Assembly (NCBI GenBank): GCA_964346325.1
Contig: CAYFUK010000003.1
Span: 1 to 38,473, forward strand
Source: an uncultured Candidatus Peribacteria bacterium
GTDB lineage: Bacteria; Patescibacteriota; Gracilibacteria; UBA1369; PNNO01
Direction of reading: 5' to 3'
Length of the DNA: 38,473 nt
The notes beneath the pieces were generated by a model. It made no database searches, had not been told where the DNA came from, and saw nothing but the letters and a program-made list of their open reading frames with translations. This document shows, piece after piece, positions 27,927 to 37,260 of the stretch. How positions within the stretch are numbered: the first letter of the stretch is position 1; each line of letters starts with the position of its first letter. Both the position numbers and the translations under genes were made by a program.

Positions 27927-28910
27927 ATGAAACTTTTTTACGAAAATGATGCTGATATATCGGTACTGGAAGGTAAAAAAACAGCTGTAATAGGCTATGG
28001 TTCACAGGGAACAGCTCAGGCATTAATGCTGCATGATTCCGGTATTGATGTTGTTGTAGGTGTTCGCGAAGGCGGAAAATCATGGAAAAACGCCGATGCT
28101 GACGGGTTAAAAGTGATGCCAATCGCGGAAGCGGCAAAGGAAGCCGATATTATACACATTTTATTACCCGATGAAGTTCAGGGCAAAGTATATGAAAATG
28201 AGATAAAAGAACATGTGATAGCAGGTAAAACTTTATGTTTTTCACATGGATTCAGTATTGTTTATAAACAAATCCGGGCGCCCGAAGGTGTTGATGTAAT
28301 TATGGTCGCACCTAAATCACCCGGTTCGGAAGAAAGAAAAGCATATCTTGCAGGCGGTGGTGTTCCGGCTCTTATAGCGGTTAAACAAAATGATTCGGGA
28401 GGAGCTTTTAATACGGCATTAGCTATGGCAAAAGCTATGCATTTTACAAAAGCCGGAGTACTTGAATGCACATTCGAACAAGAAGTATATGAAGATCTGT
28501 TCGGTGAACAGGCTATTCTTTGCGGAGGTGTTACGGAACTCATAAAAAAAGGTTTTGAGGTGCTGGTGGAGGCCGGATATCCGCCTGAAATGGCTTATTT
28601 TGAGTGTTTGCACGAATTAAAACTGATAGTTGACCTTATACAGAAAAAAGGAATAGGCGGGATGTATTCGGAAGTATCGAACACAGCTGAATACGGCGGC
28701 CAATCGCGGGGAGAAAGAATAATAGATAACAAAGTTAAAGAAAATATGAAAGAATTACTAAAAGAAGTTGAAGACGGAAGTTTCGCGAAAGAATGGATAT
28801 CGGAATTTAACGGTGGAATGGAAAAACTAAAACAACTAAGGGAAAAAACCGAGAATCATCCTATTGAAACAACAGGTAAAAAAATTCGTGATCTTTTCAA
28901 TTTTAAATAA
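27927..28910 (+). CDS. ilvC: Ketol-acid reductoisomerase (class I)
   Basis: IGYGSQG, FSHGF, MVAPK.PG, DLFGEQ..LCGG, AYFE.LHE.KLIVDL and SNTAEYG. Confidence 0.97.
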   Translation: MKLFYENDADISVLEGKKTAVIGYGSQGTAQALMLHDSGIDVVVGVREGGKSWKNADADGLKVMPIAEAAKEADIIHILLPDEVQGKVYENEIKEHVIAGKTLCFSHGFSIVYKQIRAPEGVDVIMVAPKSPGSEERKAYLAGGGVPALIAVKQNDSGGAFNTALAMAKAMHFTKAGVLECTFEQEVYEDLFGEQAILCGGVTELIKKGFEVLVEAGYPPEMAYFECLHELKLIVDLIQKKGIGGMYSEVSNTAEYGGQSRGERIIDNKVKENMKELLKEVEDGSFAKEWISEFNGGMEKLKQLREKTENHPIETTGKKIRDLFNFK

Positions 28911-28984
28911 AAAATCACTTAACAAAAGTTAACTTGATGTTAACATCTAATGTGCTATATTAATAAACAGTTAAATTGATTTAT

Positions 28985-29437
28985 ATGAAAAATTTAATTT
29001 CGATTTTAATTTCATTTTCATTACTTATTGTTTTCAACTCTTGTAATCCGGATACGACAGATACGGAAAATCTTGAAACAAATGTTATGCAGGCTAAAAC
29101 TTACGAAATAGAAGTTGAGGAAGTTGATCAAAAAATTAAAGAAAACAGGAATCTGCATTTGATTGATGTAAGAACACCGCAAGAAAACTCGGAAATAAGA
29201 ATAAAAGAATCAGAATCAATGGTTCTTGACAATCTTGCCGATACAATAATTAATGATGAAGATATTTCATTTCATGATCAAATAATTGTTTACTGCAGAT
29301 CCGGAAACAGAAGCAAAAAAGCTTACGATATTTTAACGGGCCTTGGTTACACAAATGTAAAAAGTATGGCCGGCGGCATTAAAGAATGGCAAAATTCAGG
29401 TTTTGAAACATGCAGTGAGTTAAATAACACTTGCTAA
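28985..29437 (+). CDS. Rhodanese-domain lipoprotein
   Basis: Signal with Cys (FNSC), LIDVRT..E, YCRSGNRS and GGI.EW. Confidence 0.9.
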   Translation: MKNLISILISFSLLIVFNSCNPDTTDTENLETNVMQAKTYEIEVEEVDQKIKENRNLHLIDVRTPQENSEIRIKESESMVLDNLADTIINDEDISFHDQIIVYCRSGNRSKKAYDILTGLGYTNVKSMAGGIKEWQNSGFETCSELNNTC

Positions 29438-29440
29438 TAA

Positions 29441-29932
29441 ATGTTTAATTATTACAAACCCATAAAAAAATACCTTACTGCATTAATTGTAGTGCTTATT
29501 GCACTTATCATTTATTTATGCGCAATGGTTTTTACCGAAGATAACTATGAATGGTTTTTGAATCTTAACAAACCGGCATTTCAGCCTCCTTCATGGATTT
29601 TCATGTTGGTATGGGCCATTCTTTACGCATTAATTGCGGTATCAATAATAATTGTGCTTTTTAATAATAAGAAAAAACAAAAGGAAGCGAATTTAGTGCT
29701 CTTATTATTCATTATCAATGCTTTTTTTAATGCAATTTTAAGTATTGTTTTGTTCGGATTACATAATATACTTTCTGCCGTATTTATTCTTCCATTATAT
29801 CTGGCATCAATATTCGTTCTGATTTATTACACATTAAAAGTAAACAGAATAGCGGCATACTTACTTGTTCCATATGCTTTATGGGCTATATACGTAACAA
29901 TACTGATGGTTACGGTTGTTCTCATTAATTAG
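29441..29932 (+). CDS. TspO/MBR protein (second paralog)
   Basis: WF..LNKPAFQPPSWIF..VW..LY and AAYLLVPY.LW. Confidence 0.92.
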   Translation: MFNYYKPIKKYLTALIVVLIALIIYLCAMVFTEDNYEWFLNLNKPAFQPPSWIFMLVWAILYALIAVSIIIVLFNNKKKQKEANLVLLLFIINAFFNAILSIVLFGLHNILSAVFILPLYLASIFVLIYYTLKVNRIAAYLLVPYALWAIYVTILMVTVVLIN

Positions 29933-31044
29933 TCTTTTCTTTTCATTGCTTCGTCCTGCTTTTTGAAGTCTTTTAACTGTTCCAGTAAATTATCCTGTTC
30001 ACTTGCGGAAAGCTCCGAACGTTTAATCAGCTTCTGCATTGTTTCAAATTCCGATTCGGTAATTTCACCGTCTTCCATCATTTTAAACATCTCATCTTTT
30101 AATGACGCAGGTAATCCGCCGAACTTTTCGTTAACTATTTGCTTCTGAATATCAACCATGTAACCTTCGATCCTGTTCATTAAAAGTTTATATGCTCCTT
30201 CATCGATTTTGCCCGATTTAAGCTCATTATCAACAATATCCTTTAATCTGTACAATTCGGCTTCGCATCTTTTCGCCTTCATTTTGTATTCACTGTAAGT
30301 GTCATCAATCTGATTCATATACTTTGATATGGACTTTTGTTTTCTTTTGGAAGCAAAAGTAAAGCCGGTTGCTGCAATAATTACCGTTATAATTGTTAAA
30401 ATAATAACAAAGTTGTTCCAAAGCCACTGCAAAACATCAAATGAAGCAGATTCATTATTGCGGTCTTTTATCTTTTTAATTTGTTCATCGGTCAATTCAG
30501 AACGATCCGGCCTGGGTTCGGGCTCTTCAAACTCTCCTTCACCGGGCATGATTTCTTCAGGCTTGAAAACAAACTGCACATTGCTGCATCCCCTTCTTTG
30601 ATCAGTTGTGATTACACAAACTCTGTAGAAATTGTCCCCTACTTCAGGCTCATTATGTATAAATCCCGTTCTATTGGGATTCTCATAAAATTCAATTTCA
30701 GGTGTTTCAGGATAAAACAAATTGCTGTCATGAATTGAGTGCAAAATTTTATAATACTCGAAATTAGGCCCATCGTATCTGTTCCAATGCAAACCCACGC
30801 GACCGCCTTCTATCTCCTCGGCATCCAAAAATATATCTATTTCGGGGTCATCGGTATAAGGATCGTCGGGTATAAGCGGAATAGGCTCCAAGGGCAAAGG
30901 TTCAAATTGAAAAGTTTCCTCCTCTGCGGGTTCATACAATTCAACTTCCAAAGGCTCATCTATTATCAAATCCGGATTAATGGCCAAAGCTGTATTGCCT
31001 GATACTATTAAACCCAGTATTAAAATTGATAGTATTTTTTTCAT
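29929..31044 (-). CDS. Hypothetical type-I membrane protein (signal peptide, acidic/Pro region, Fn3-like domain, TM, helical cytoplasmic tail)
   Basis: MKKILS signal; V.L.W...F..Y....YRVC pattern; TM FVIILTIITVIIAATGF followed by KRKQK. Confidence 0.75.
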   Translation of the reverse strand: MKKILSILILGLIVSGNTALAINPDLIIDEPLEVELYEPAEEETFQFEPLPLEPIPLIPDDPYTDDPEIDIFLDAEEIEGGRVGLHWNRYDGPNFEYYKILHSIHDSNLFYPETPEIEFYENPNRTGFIHNEPEVGDNFYRVCVITTDQRRGCSNVQFVFKPEEIMPGEGEFEEPEPRPDRSELTDEQIKKIKDRNNESASFDVLQWLWNNFVIILTIITVIIAATGFTFASKRKQKSISKYMNQIDDTYSEYKMKAKRCEAELYRLKDIVDNELKSGKIDEGAYKLLMNRIEGYMVDIQKQIVNEKFGGLPASLKDEMFKMMEDGEITESEFETMQKLIKRSELSASEQDNLLEQLKDFKKQDEAMKRKD

Positions 31045-31109
31045 AATTGATTTATTAATATTCAACGCGTCCATTATAATGGTTTAAGCAAATATTGAAA
31101 CGTAAAATT

Positions 31110-32270
31110 ATGGCTGAAATTACCAAAAACTCTCTGACACTCCCAAAGACCGTTAAAAGTATACACGGATTTATTTACGCAATGTTTTGGTTGTACGTGC
31201 CGATTTATCTTACAGAACAGGGTTTCTCGGGGTATCATATTGGGTTATTCATAGGACTTTCAAATTTGATGGCAATAATAAGCACATTGCCTTCGGGTAT
31301 TGCAAACGACAGAATAAAATCAAAAAAAATAATACTGACAGCTTTAATTTTAAGCATTATTTATTTTACCGGTTTGTTAACCGTAACGAATGCAATTGTT
31401 TTGGCAGGCGCATTTATTTGCGGAGGTTTGGGCCGTAATTTATTTGATATTTCCGTTGATTCACTTGCTTTTAAAGTGATTGACAGAAAAAAATCATCAA
31501 TTCAGATCGGCGGTTATTTGGCTGTTCTTTATTTTGCACAAATAACAGGTTTTATGATTGGAGGAAATGTAATAAATTCATTCGGATTTCCGGCAACTCT
31601 TACCGCAATCATTGTATTGCTTTTCTTAACAACAATGATTTCAATTTATTTACCGTTAACACATACTTTTAAGTTTAAATTAATGGAATATAAAAAAGAC
31701 ATTTTTAATAAAGAAGTGTTATTTTTTATGCTTATCGTTTTCCTGTTCAGTTTGCATTTCGGAGCTGAAGCTACATCTTATACTTTATTTTTAAAAACCA
31801 ATTTAAACCTTAATTTAGGCCAAATAGGATTTTATGTCGGAGGAGCGGTGATTTTCCTTGCATTATCTGCTTTATTTTTCAGCTGGAGAGTTCAAAAAGG
31901 ATTTGATCCGAAAAAAGTATTTTATATAGGACTTATTATTTCAGGATTGGGTCATATACTTTTTTCAATTCAGGATAATGTAGTGATTTCATTTTTATTA
32001 AGATGCTTTCATGAAATCGGAGACGGAGCCATGATTTACAGTATTTTTTACGGGATAGTGAGAATATTTAATATTGAAAGAGTAGGAGGAAATTCCAGCA
32101 CAATAACTTTAACAAAAATTATGGGGACTTCGTTTGCCGCTTTTATTTTTGGACATTTTGGTGCTGAGTATGGTTATTATCTGCCATTATTTATAACGGG
32201 TTTCACGAATTTACTGGCATTTTTATTTTTATTTTACTTCAATAAAAAAGTATTGCCTAAAACGCCGTAA
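31110..32270 (+). CDS. MFS transporter
   Basis: About 12 hydrophobic segments; motif-A-like GIANDRIKSKK. Confidence 0.88.
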   Translation: MAEITKNSLTLPKTVKSIHGFIYAMFWLYVPIYLTEQGFSGYHIGLFIGLSNLMAIISTLPSGIANDRIKSKKIILTALILSIIYFTGLLTVTNAIVLAGAFICGGLGRNLFDISVDSLAFKVIDRKKSSIQIGGYLAVLYFAQITGFMIGGNVINSFGFPATLTAIIVLLFLTTMISIYLPLTHTFKFKLMEYKKDIFNKEVLFFMLIVFLFSLHFGAEATSYTLFLKTNLNLNLGQIGFYVGGAVIFLALSALFFSWRVQKGFDPKKVFYIGLIISGLGHILFSIQDNVVISFLLRCFHEIGDGAMIYSIFYGIVRIFNIERVGGNSSTITLTKIMGTSFAAFIFGHFGAEYGYYLPLFITGFTNLLAFLFLFYFNKKVLPKTP

Positions 32271-32309
32271 AAATACTACACTGCTTTTGTATTTATAAAC
32301 GGACGTATT

Positions 32310-33329
32310 ATGCACATCGGTTTAACAGGCTACCTTGCGTGCGGCAAAGGAGAACTTGCAAAAATTCTCCAGGAAAAAGATTTTACTTACATATCACTTT
32401 CCGATGTTGTAAGAAGAGAAGCCACAAGCCGGGGACTTGATCATACGCGTGAAAATCTTCAAAAAATCGGCAATGAACTACGTTCAAAACATGGCAGTGC
32501 ACATTTTTCAGGAGAGGTTCGTAAAGAAATAGAAAAAAATCCGGATAAAAATTATGTAATTGACGGAATAAGAAATCCAATGGAAGCAAAGGAACTTCAG
32601 GCTTTACCTGAATTTTATTTTATCGGTATTTCCGCTTCACCTGACACAATAGTCAAAAGAATTTTATCACGTAAACGTGAAGGTGATAAATTAACAAAAA
32701 AAGATATTCTTGAAAAATTAGATATAGAAAAAGGCAAAAACCAGCCAAAAGACGGACAACAAGTTGCCAAATGCCTGGAGATGGTTAATTTTTTAATCAT
32801 AAATGAGGGCACACTTGATGAAATTGAACAAAAAATCGAACACTTTCTGGGAATTATTAAAGGAACAACGCGGCCTACATTTGATGAGGTTTTTATGGGC
32901 AATGCGGTTAACTGGGCGCAAAGATCAACCTGTTTAAGAAGAAAAGTCGGCTCGGTTATCGCAAAAGATAACCAACAATTAACGGCGGGTTACAACGGCG
33001 CACCTCGCACAATGAAACACTGCGCGGAACTCGGGGGCTGCCTACGGGAAAAACTCGGTATTCCATCGGGCCAGCGCCACGAAATATGCCGCGGTACGCA
33101 CGCCGAACAAAACGCGATTACCCAGGCTGCCAAATTCGGCATAAACATCGAAGGCGGAACACTTTACTGCAACACACATCCATGCAGTATCTGCACAAAA
33201 ATGATAATAAACGCGGGCATAAAAAAAGTAGTTTACGACAGCGACTACGATGATAAACTTTCAAAAGAAATGCTCGGCGAACAAACAGCTTTGGAGTTGG
33301 TGCGATATGAAGGATTAAGAATTATTTAA
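32310..33329 (+). CDS. P-loop nucleotide-kinase-like domain fused to dCMP deaminase
   Basis: N-half GLTG...CGKG, SLSDVVR, DGIRN..E, I.NEG; C-half RSTC.RR.VG, GYNG, HAEQNAI, PC..C and IINAGI. Confidence 0.9.
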   Translation: MHIGLTGYLACGKGELAKILQEKDFTYISLSDVVRREATSRGLDHTRENLQKIGNELRSKHGSAHFSGEVRKEIEKNPDKNYVIDGIRNPMEAKELQALPEFYFIGISASPDTIVKRILSRKREGDKLTKKDILEKLDIEKGKNQPKDGQQVAKCLEMVNFLIINEGTLDEIEQKIEHFLGIIKGTTRPTFDEVFMGNAVNWAQRSTCLRRKVGSVIAKDNQQLTAGYNGAPRTMKHCAELGGCLREKLGIPSGQRHEICRGTHAEQNAITQAAKFGINIEGGTLYCNTHPCSICTKMIINAGIKKVVYDSDYDDKLSKEMLGEQTALELVRYEGLRII

Positions 33330-35305
33330 AACATGGAAACCTGCTCATCGGGAACTTCTTTCTTCTTTTCACGTACCTGCCGAATTTGTTCCGTTTTTTC
33401 AATAAAGTTTTCCGGAATATCATTTAAAAATCGCGAAGGGTTCATCTTGTATTTATCTCCGAAAAAGTTACGTTCATCAGCATGAATAATATGCAGTTCT
33501 TCTCCGGCGCGTGTCATGGCAACATAAAAAAGTCTTCTTTCTTCTTCTTCATTTATTTCTTCCTCATTAAACTGATAAGGTGTTAACCCTTCCGAAACTC
33601 CGGCAATAAAGACAATAGGGAATTCCAACCCTTTTGATGCATGCATGGTGAGCAAAGTAACCGCATCTTTTGATGCATCATACAGATCTTTATCCCGCAT
33701 CATTGAAGTTTCGTCAATAAACGCTTTTAACCCTTCAAAAGGAGGCAAATCATCAAACTGCAAACTGAATCCAATGAGTTCAAATACATTATCCTGACGT
33801 TTTTTATCTTTATAAATCTCAAAATAAGTAACTTTATGAAGCACAAATTTTATTAAATCCGAGAGCTTGTTTTCGGTTGCGTACTTTCTGAAAGTTTCAT
33901 GCATTGTAATAAAATCACCCAGTGATTTTTTAAGATCATTTGTTAATGAAAGTGTATCGAGTTCAAGGCACGACTGATAAAAAGGGATGCCATACACTTT
34001 TGAATAATTTATTATTTTTTCGATAGTCGTTTCCCCTACTCCTTTTGCGAATTTTTTTATTATACGTTTTATTGAAGTTTCATCATTCGGATCATAAATG
34101 CATCTTAAATAACTTAAAATATTTTTAATTTCCGCACGGTCATAAAAAGGAATCGCACCAATTATTTGATACGGGATACCGGCTTTAACAAAGGCATCCT
34201 CAATAGCTTTACCCTGCAAATGGGTTCTGTATAAAACCGCAAAATCTTTAAATTTTATTACATCATCTGTGTCTTCAATATTTTTCAGATCTTTTGACTG
34301 CCTGGAAATACCGCCCATTTTTAAGTCAATTGTCTGTAAAATATAATCGGTTTCAGCCCTGTCGTTATTTGCTTCAACAATTTTAATTACCGGACCATTA
34401 CCTTTAATTGAATTTGATTCACTCTGCATTCTTTTTTCATTTTTTTCAATAACCTTGTCCGAAGCTTCAACAATCTGAGAAGTGCTTCTGTAATTTTTAT
34501 TTAATTTTATTAACTTCACATCATCAAAATCATCACCGAATTGTAAAAAATTTTTAACATTAGCGCCTCTGAAAGCATAAATTGCCTGATCACTATCCCC
34601 TATCACACAAATATTTTTATCGCGCGCCGAAAGTAATTTAATTAATTCATATTGTGCTTCATTGGTATCCTGATACTCATCAACCGCTATATATCTAAAT
34701 GGCAAAGCATTTAAAACTTCCTCGTGTTTTTTTAACAGTTTTACTGTTTTAATAATCAAATCATCAAAATCAATTGCGTTTTTCTCACGCATTGCACCTT
34801 CGTAGTTTCTGTATACTTCCTGCAGCTCAGGCGGAGCTTCAAGCGGAGAAACAAATTCATTTTTAAGTTTGGAAATTCTTTTTAAAATATCCGATAAAGG
34901 CTTTTTTTTAGCTCCTTTTATTATTTCCTTCATTAATTCCATCTGATCATCCGGATCATAAATTTTAAAATCCTTTTCAATCCCCACTTTAAATGAAAAA
35001 TTCCTCAAAATCTTTAAACAAAGTGAATGAAAAGTTCCTACAAATGGAATTTCATCTCCTTCAATCAGCTCACTTAAACGTTTATTCATTTCATTAGCCG
35101 CTTTTTTTGTGAAAGTTATAAGTAAAATATCCTTGGGATCTATACCTTTTTCTTCAATCATATAAACTGTCCTGTATATTATTGTTCTTGTTTTACCGCT
35201 TCCCGGCCCCGCAGCAATAAGCAAAGGGCCGTCAATATTTTCAACGGCATTAAACTGCTCTCCATTTAAAATTTCAGAATAATTGCATTTGAGGTTTTGT
35301 TTCAT
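33326..35305 (-). CDS. UvrD/PcrA-family SF1 DNA helicase (start 35305 or 35314)
   Basis: AGPGSGKT, TFT.KAA.EM, VDEYQD, GD.DQAIY.FRGA, NYRS, T.HASKGLEF and EERRLFYVAMTRA. Confidence 0.95.
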   Translation of the reverse strand: MKQNLKCNYSEILNGEQFNAVENIDGPLLIAAGPGSGKTRTIIYRTVYMIEEKGIDPKDILLITFTKKAANEMNKRLSELIEGDEIPFVGTFHSLCLKILRNFSFKVGIEKDFKIYDPDDQMELMKEIIKGAKKKPLSDILKRISKLKNEFVSPLEAPPELQEVYRNYEGAMREKNAIDFDDLIIKTVKLLKKHEEVLNALPFRYIAVDEYQDTNEAQYELIKLLSARDKNICVIGDSDQAIYAFRGANVKNFLQFGDDFDDVKLIKLNKNYRSTSQIVEASDKVIEKNEKRMQSESNSIKGNGPVIKIVEANNDRAETDYILQTIDLKMGGISRQSKDLKNIEDTDDVIKFKDFAVLYRTHLQGKAIEDAFVKAGIPYQIIGAIPFYDRAEIKNILSYLRCIYDPNDETSIKRIIKKFAKGVGETTIEKIINYSKVYGIPFYQSCLELDTLSLTNDLKKSLGDFITMHETFRKYATENKLSDLIKFVLHKVTYFEIYKDKKRQDNVFELIGFSLQFDDLPPFEGLKAFIDETSMMRDKDLYDASKDAVTLLTMHASKGLEFPIVFIAGVSEGLTPYQFNEEEINEEEERRLFYVAMTRAGEELHIIHADERNFFGDKYKMNPSRFLNDIPENFIEKTEQIRQVREKKKEVPDEQVSMF

Positions 35306-36560
35306 ATTTATCATTGTCTTTAAAAATACTGATCACTCCGTATTCACCGTCATAACCCGGTTTTACATATACATTTCCTTCGCGCATTCTTTTTATCCCT
35401 TCAACTATAAATAAATCTGTTACTTTTTCAATATCTTTTAACGGCGCCTCCAGTAAGATATAAAGCTCATTGCCTGTTTTGGATATCAAATTCATATATT
35501 CATTCATAACTTTTTTTGAATTGACTCCCACTTTAAATACTTCTGAAATAATCTCATATAAAGGTATTGCATATTTATAAGGAAAAGCACGTTTGTTTTC
35601 GCCCGCTTTTTTTCGGTCGGCAAGATTTGACACCCTGTTCATTGTTCCTAAAATCAATGCTTTGCCACATTCGGGACATTTATAGTCGTTCGCCTTTGCT
35701 TCTTCGGGACCGCAGCTATATTCGCAAACACGATGCCCATCATAATGATATTTTCCTTCTTCCGGAAAAAACTCAATTGTTCCAAGAAATTTTTTATGGT
35801 CAGCCTTTTTCAGAGCATCAAACATTGCATCATAATTCAAATCACAATCAAAAACATTTGCTTCCCTTGCAAGTTTTATTGGAGAATGTGCGTCGGAATT
35901 TGAAATAAGAGTCACATTATCAAGTTTGGATAATCGCCGGTTCATCGGAGGATCACTCGATAAACCGGTTTCAACCGCAAAAATTTTCGAAGAAAGCTCA
36001 TCAAAACATTCCTCAATTGAATCAAAACCCGATTTGGAACCGAGCATTGCAAAATGAGGAGTCCATATATGAGCGGGAACCAAATGACATCTGTCACTCA
36101 CACTTAAACAAATTTCCAATAATTTCTTGCTATCCAGGCCGAGTATGGGTCTTCCATCAGATTTCAAATTTCCTATTTTTTGCAGTTCAGTGTTAATTTT
36201 GGATGCTTCTTTTAATGAGGGAGCAAAAACAATATTATGTACTTTTCTGCATTTGTCACCTTTTGAATAAATCGAACTTATTTCAACGGAAAGCATAAAT
36301 CTAACTTCAGCTCTGCATGAAGCCGGTACTTCGGAATCGATTTCTTCGGTTATTTCATCTTTTAATTTATAAAGGCCCGGCTCTGCTTCTTCTAATTTTT
36401 CCGAAAGTTCATAAAACCACTCAGGATGTGTAAAATCACCTGTGCCTATTACCTTTATTCCCTTTATTTGCGCCCATTTATAAAGATTCTCAAGATCCAT
36501 TTGTTTGCTCGTGGCCCTTGAAAATTTGGAATGTATGTGAAGATCGGCAAAAAAACGCAT
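35274..36560 (-). CDS. Endonuclease Q-family PHP-domain protein (TIGR00375-like)
   Basis: DLHIHSKFSRATS, GTGDFTHP, DGRP, PAHIWTP, ETGLSSD, SNSDAHS, GKYH.DGHR.C...CP.CG and PGYDGEYG. Confidence 0.92.
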   Translation of the reverse strand: MRFFADLHIHSKFSRATSKQMDLENLYKWAQIKGIKVIGTGDFTHPEWFYELSEKLEEAEPGLYKLKDEITEEIDSEVPASCRAEVRFMLSVEISSIYSKGDKCRKVHNIVFAPSLKEASKINTELQKIGNLKSDGRPILGLDSKKLLEICLSVSDRCHLVPAHIWTPHFAMLGSKSGFDSIEECFDELSSKIFAVETGLSSDPPMNRRLSKLDNVTLISNSDAHSPIKLAREANVFDCDLNYDAMFDALKKADHKKFLGTIEFFPEEGKYHYDGHRVCEYSCGPEEAKANDYKCPECGKALILGTMNRVSNLADRKKAGENKRAFPYKYAIPLYEIISEVFKVGVNSKKVMNEYMNLISKTGNELYILLEAPLKDIEKVTDLFIVEGIKRMREGNVYVKPGYDGEYGVISIFKDNDKYETKPQMQLF

Positions 36561-36562
36561 AT

Positions 36563-37171
36563 TTAAATTTCATAAATATTTATGTGTTCATACTTTAACG
36601 GAATTATTCTTTCGGCATCATATTCAAACTCGGTTTCATATAAACTTAAATTGTACATTTTTAATTCTCTGATTGATTTTGCCGTATCATTTGTAAACCA
36701 CCGGCCCAGTAATACCCTCATAACCATTCCGTGAGCAACTATTAATATGGGATCTTCATCGATTTCCATACATATTTCATTAACAGCTTTTTCGCATCTT
36801 TTAAATAGGCCGTTTTTTGACTCGCCCCCCGGTGGCGGCTGACCATGTTGATAAAAATCATAACGATATTTCACCCATTCTTCCACTTTTGCATTAGCAC
36901 TCCATTCTCCGAAGTTCATCTCTTTTAAATCATCTTTTTCATTCATTGGCAGATTAAGATGCTCGTTTATATATCGGGCCGTTTCTTTTGCTCTTGATAA
37001 TGGTGAATGAACGATATTTTTTAAACCGAAATTTTTAAAAACAGGGGCCATTTTTTTTATTTCTTCGCGTCCTTCATGGGATAATGGGGTATCAACATCC
37101 CCTTGAATTATACCCGTTTTATTAAATTCAGACTGTGCATGACGTAAAAAATAAAGCTTCTTTTTTTCCAT
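36563..37171 (-). CDS. Histidine phosphatase (phosphoglycerate mutase) family protein
   Basis: RHAQS, SPL.RA.ETA, L.E..FG.W, GES and VAHG. Confidence 0.92.
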   Translation of the reverse strand: MEKKKLYFLRHAQSEFNKTGIIQGDVDTPLSHEGREEIKKMAPVFKNFGLKNIVHSPLSRAKETARYINEHLNLPMNEKDDLKEMNFGEWSANAKVEEWVKYRYDFYQHGQPPPGGESKNGLFKRCEKAVNEICMEIDEDPILIVAHGMVMRVLLGRWFTNDTAKSIRELKMYNLSLYETEFEYDAERIIPLKYEHINIYEI

Positions 37172-37260
37172 AATTTAATAGTTACCGTACATTTTAATAT
37201 TATCATATATTGTAATTTTATTCGAAATTTAGTATGTTAATCAACCAATAAACTCAAAAT

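Noticed and set aside
5456-35908. Numerous short ORFs antisense or out of frame inside long genes (e.g. 5456-5842, 8020-8367, 15548-16324, 27757-28137, 35567-35908)
   Set aside because: Fully nested in well-supported genes and without motifs; shadow ORFs.
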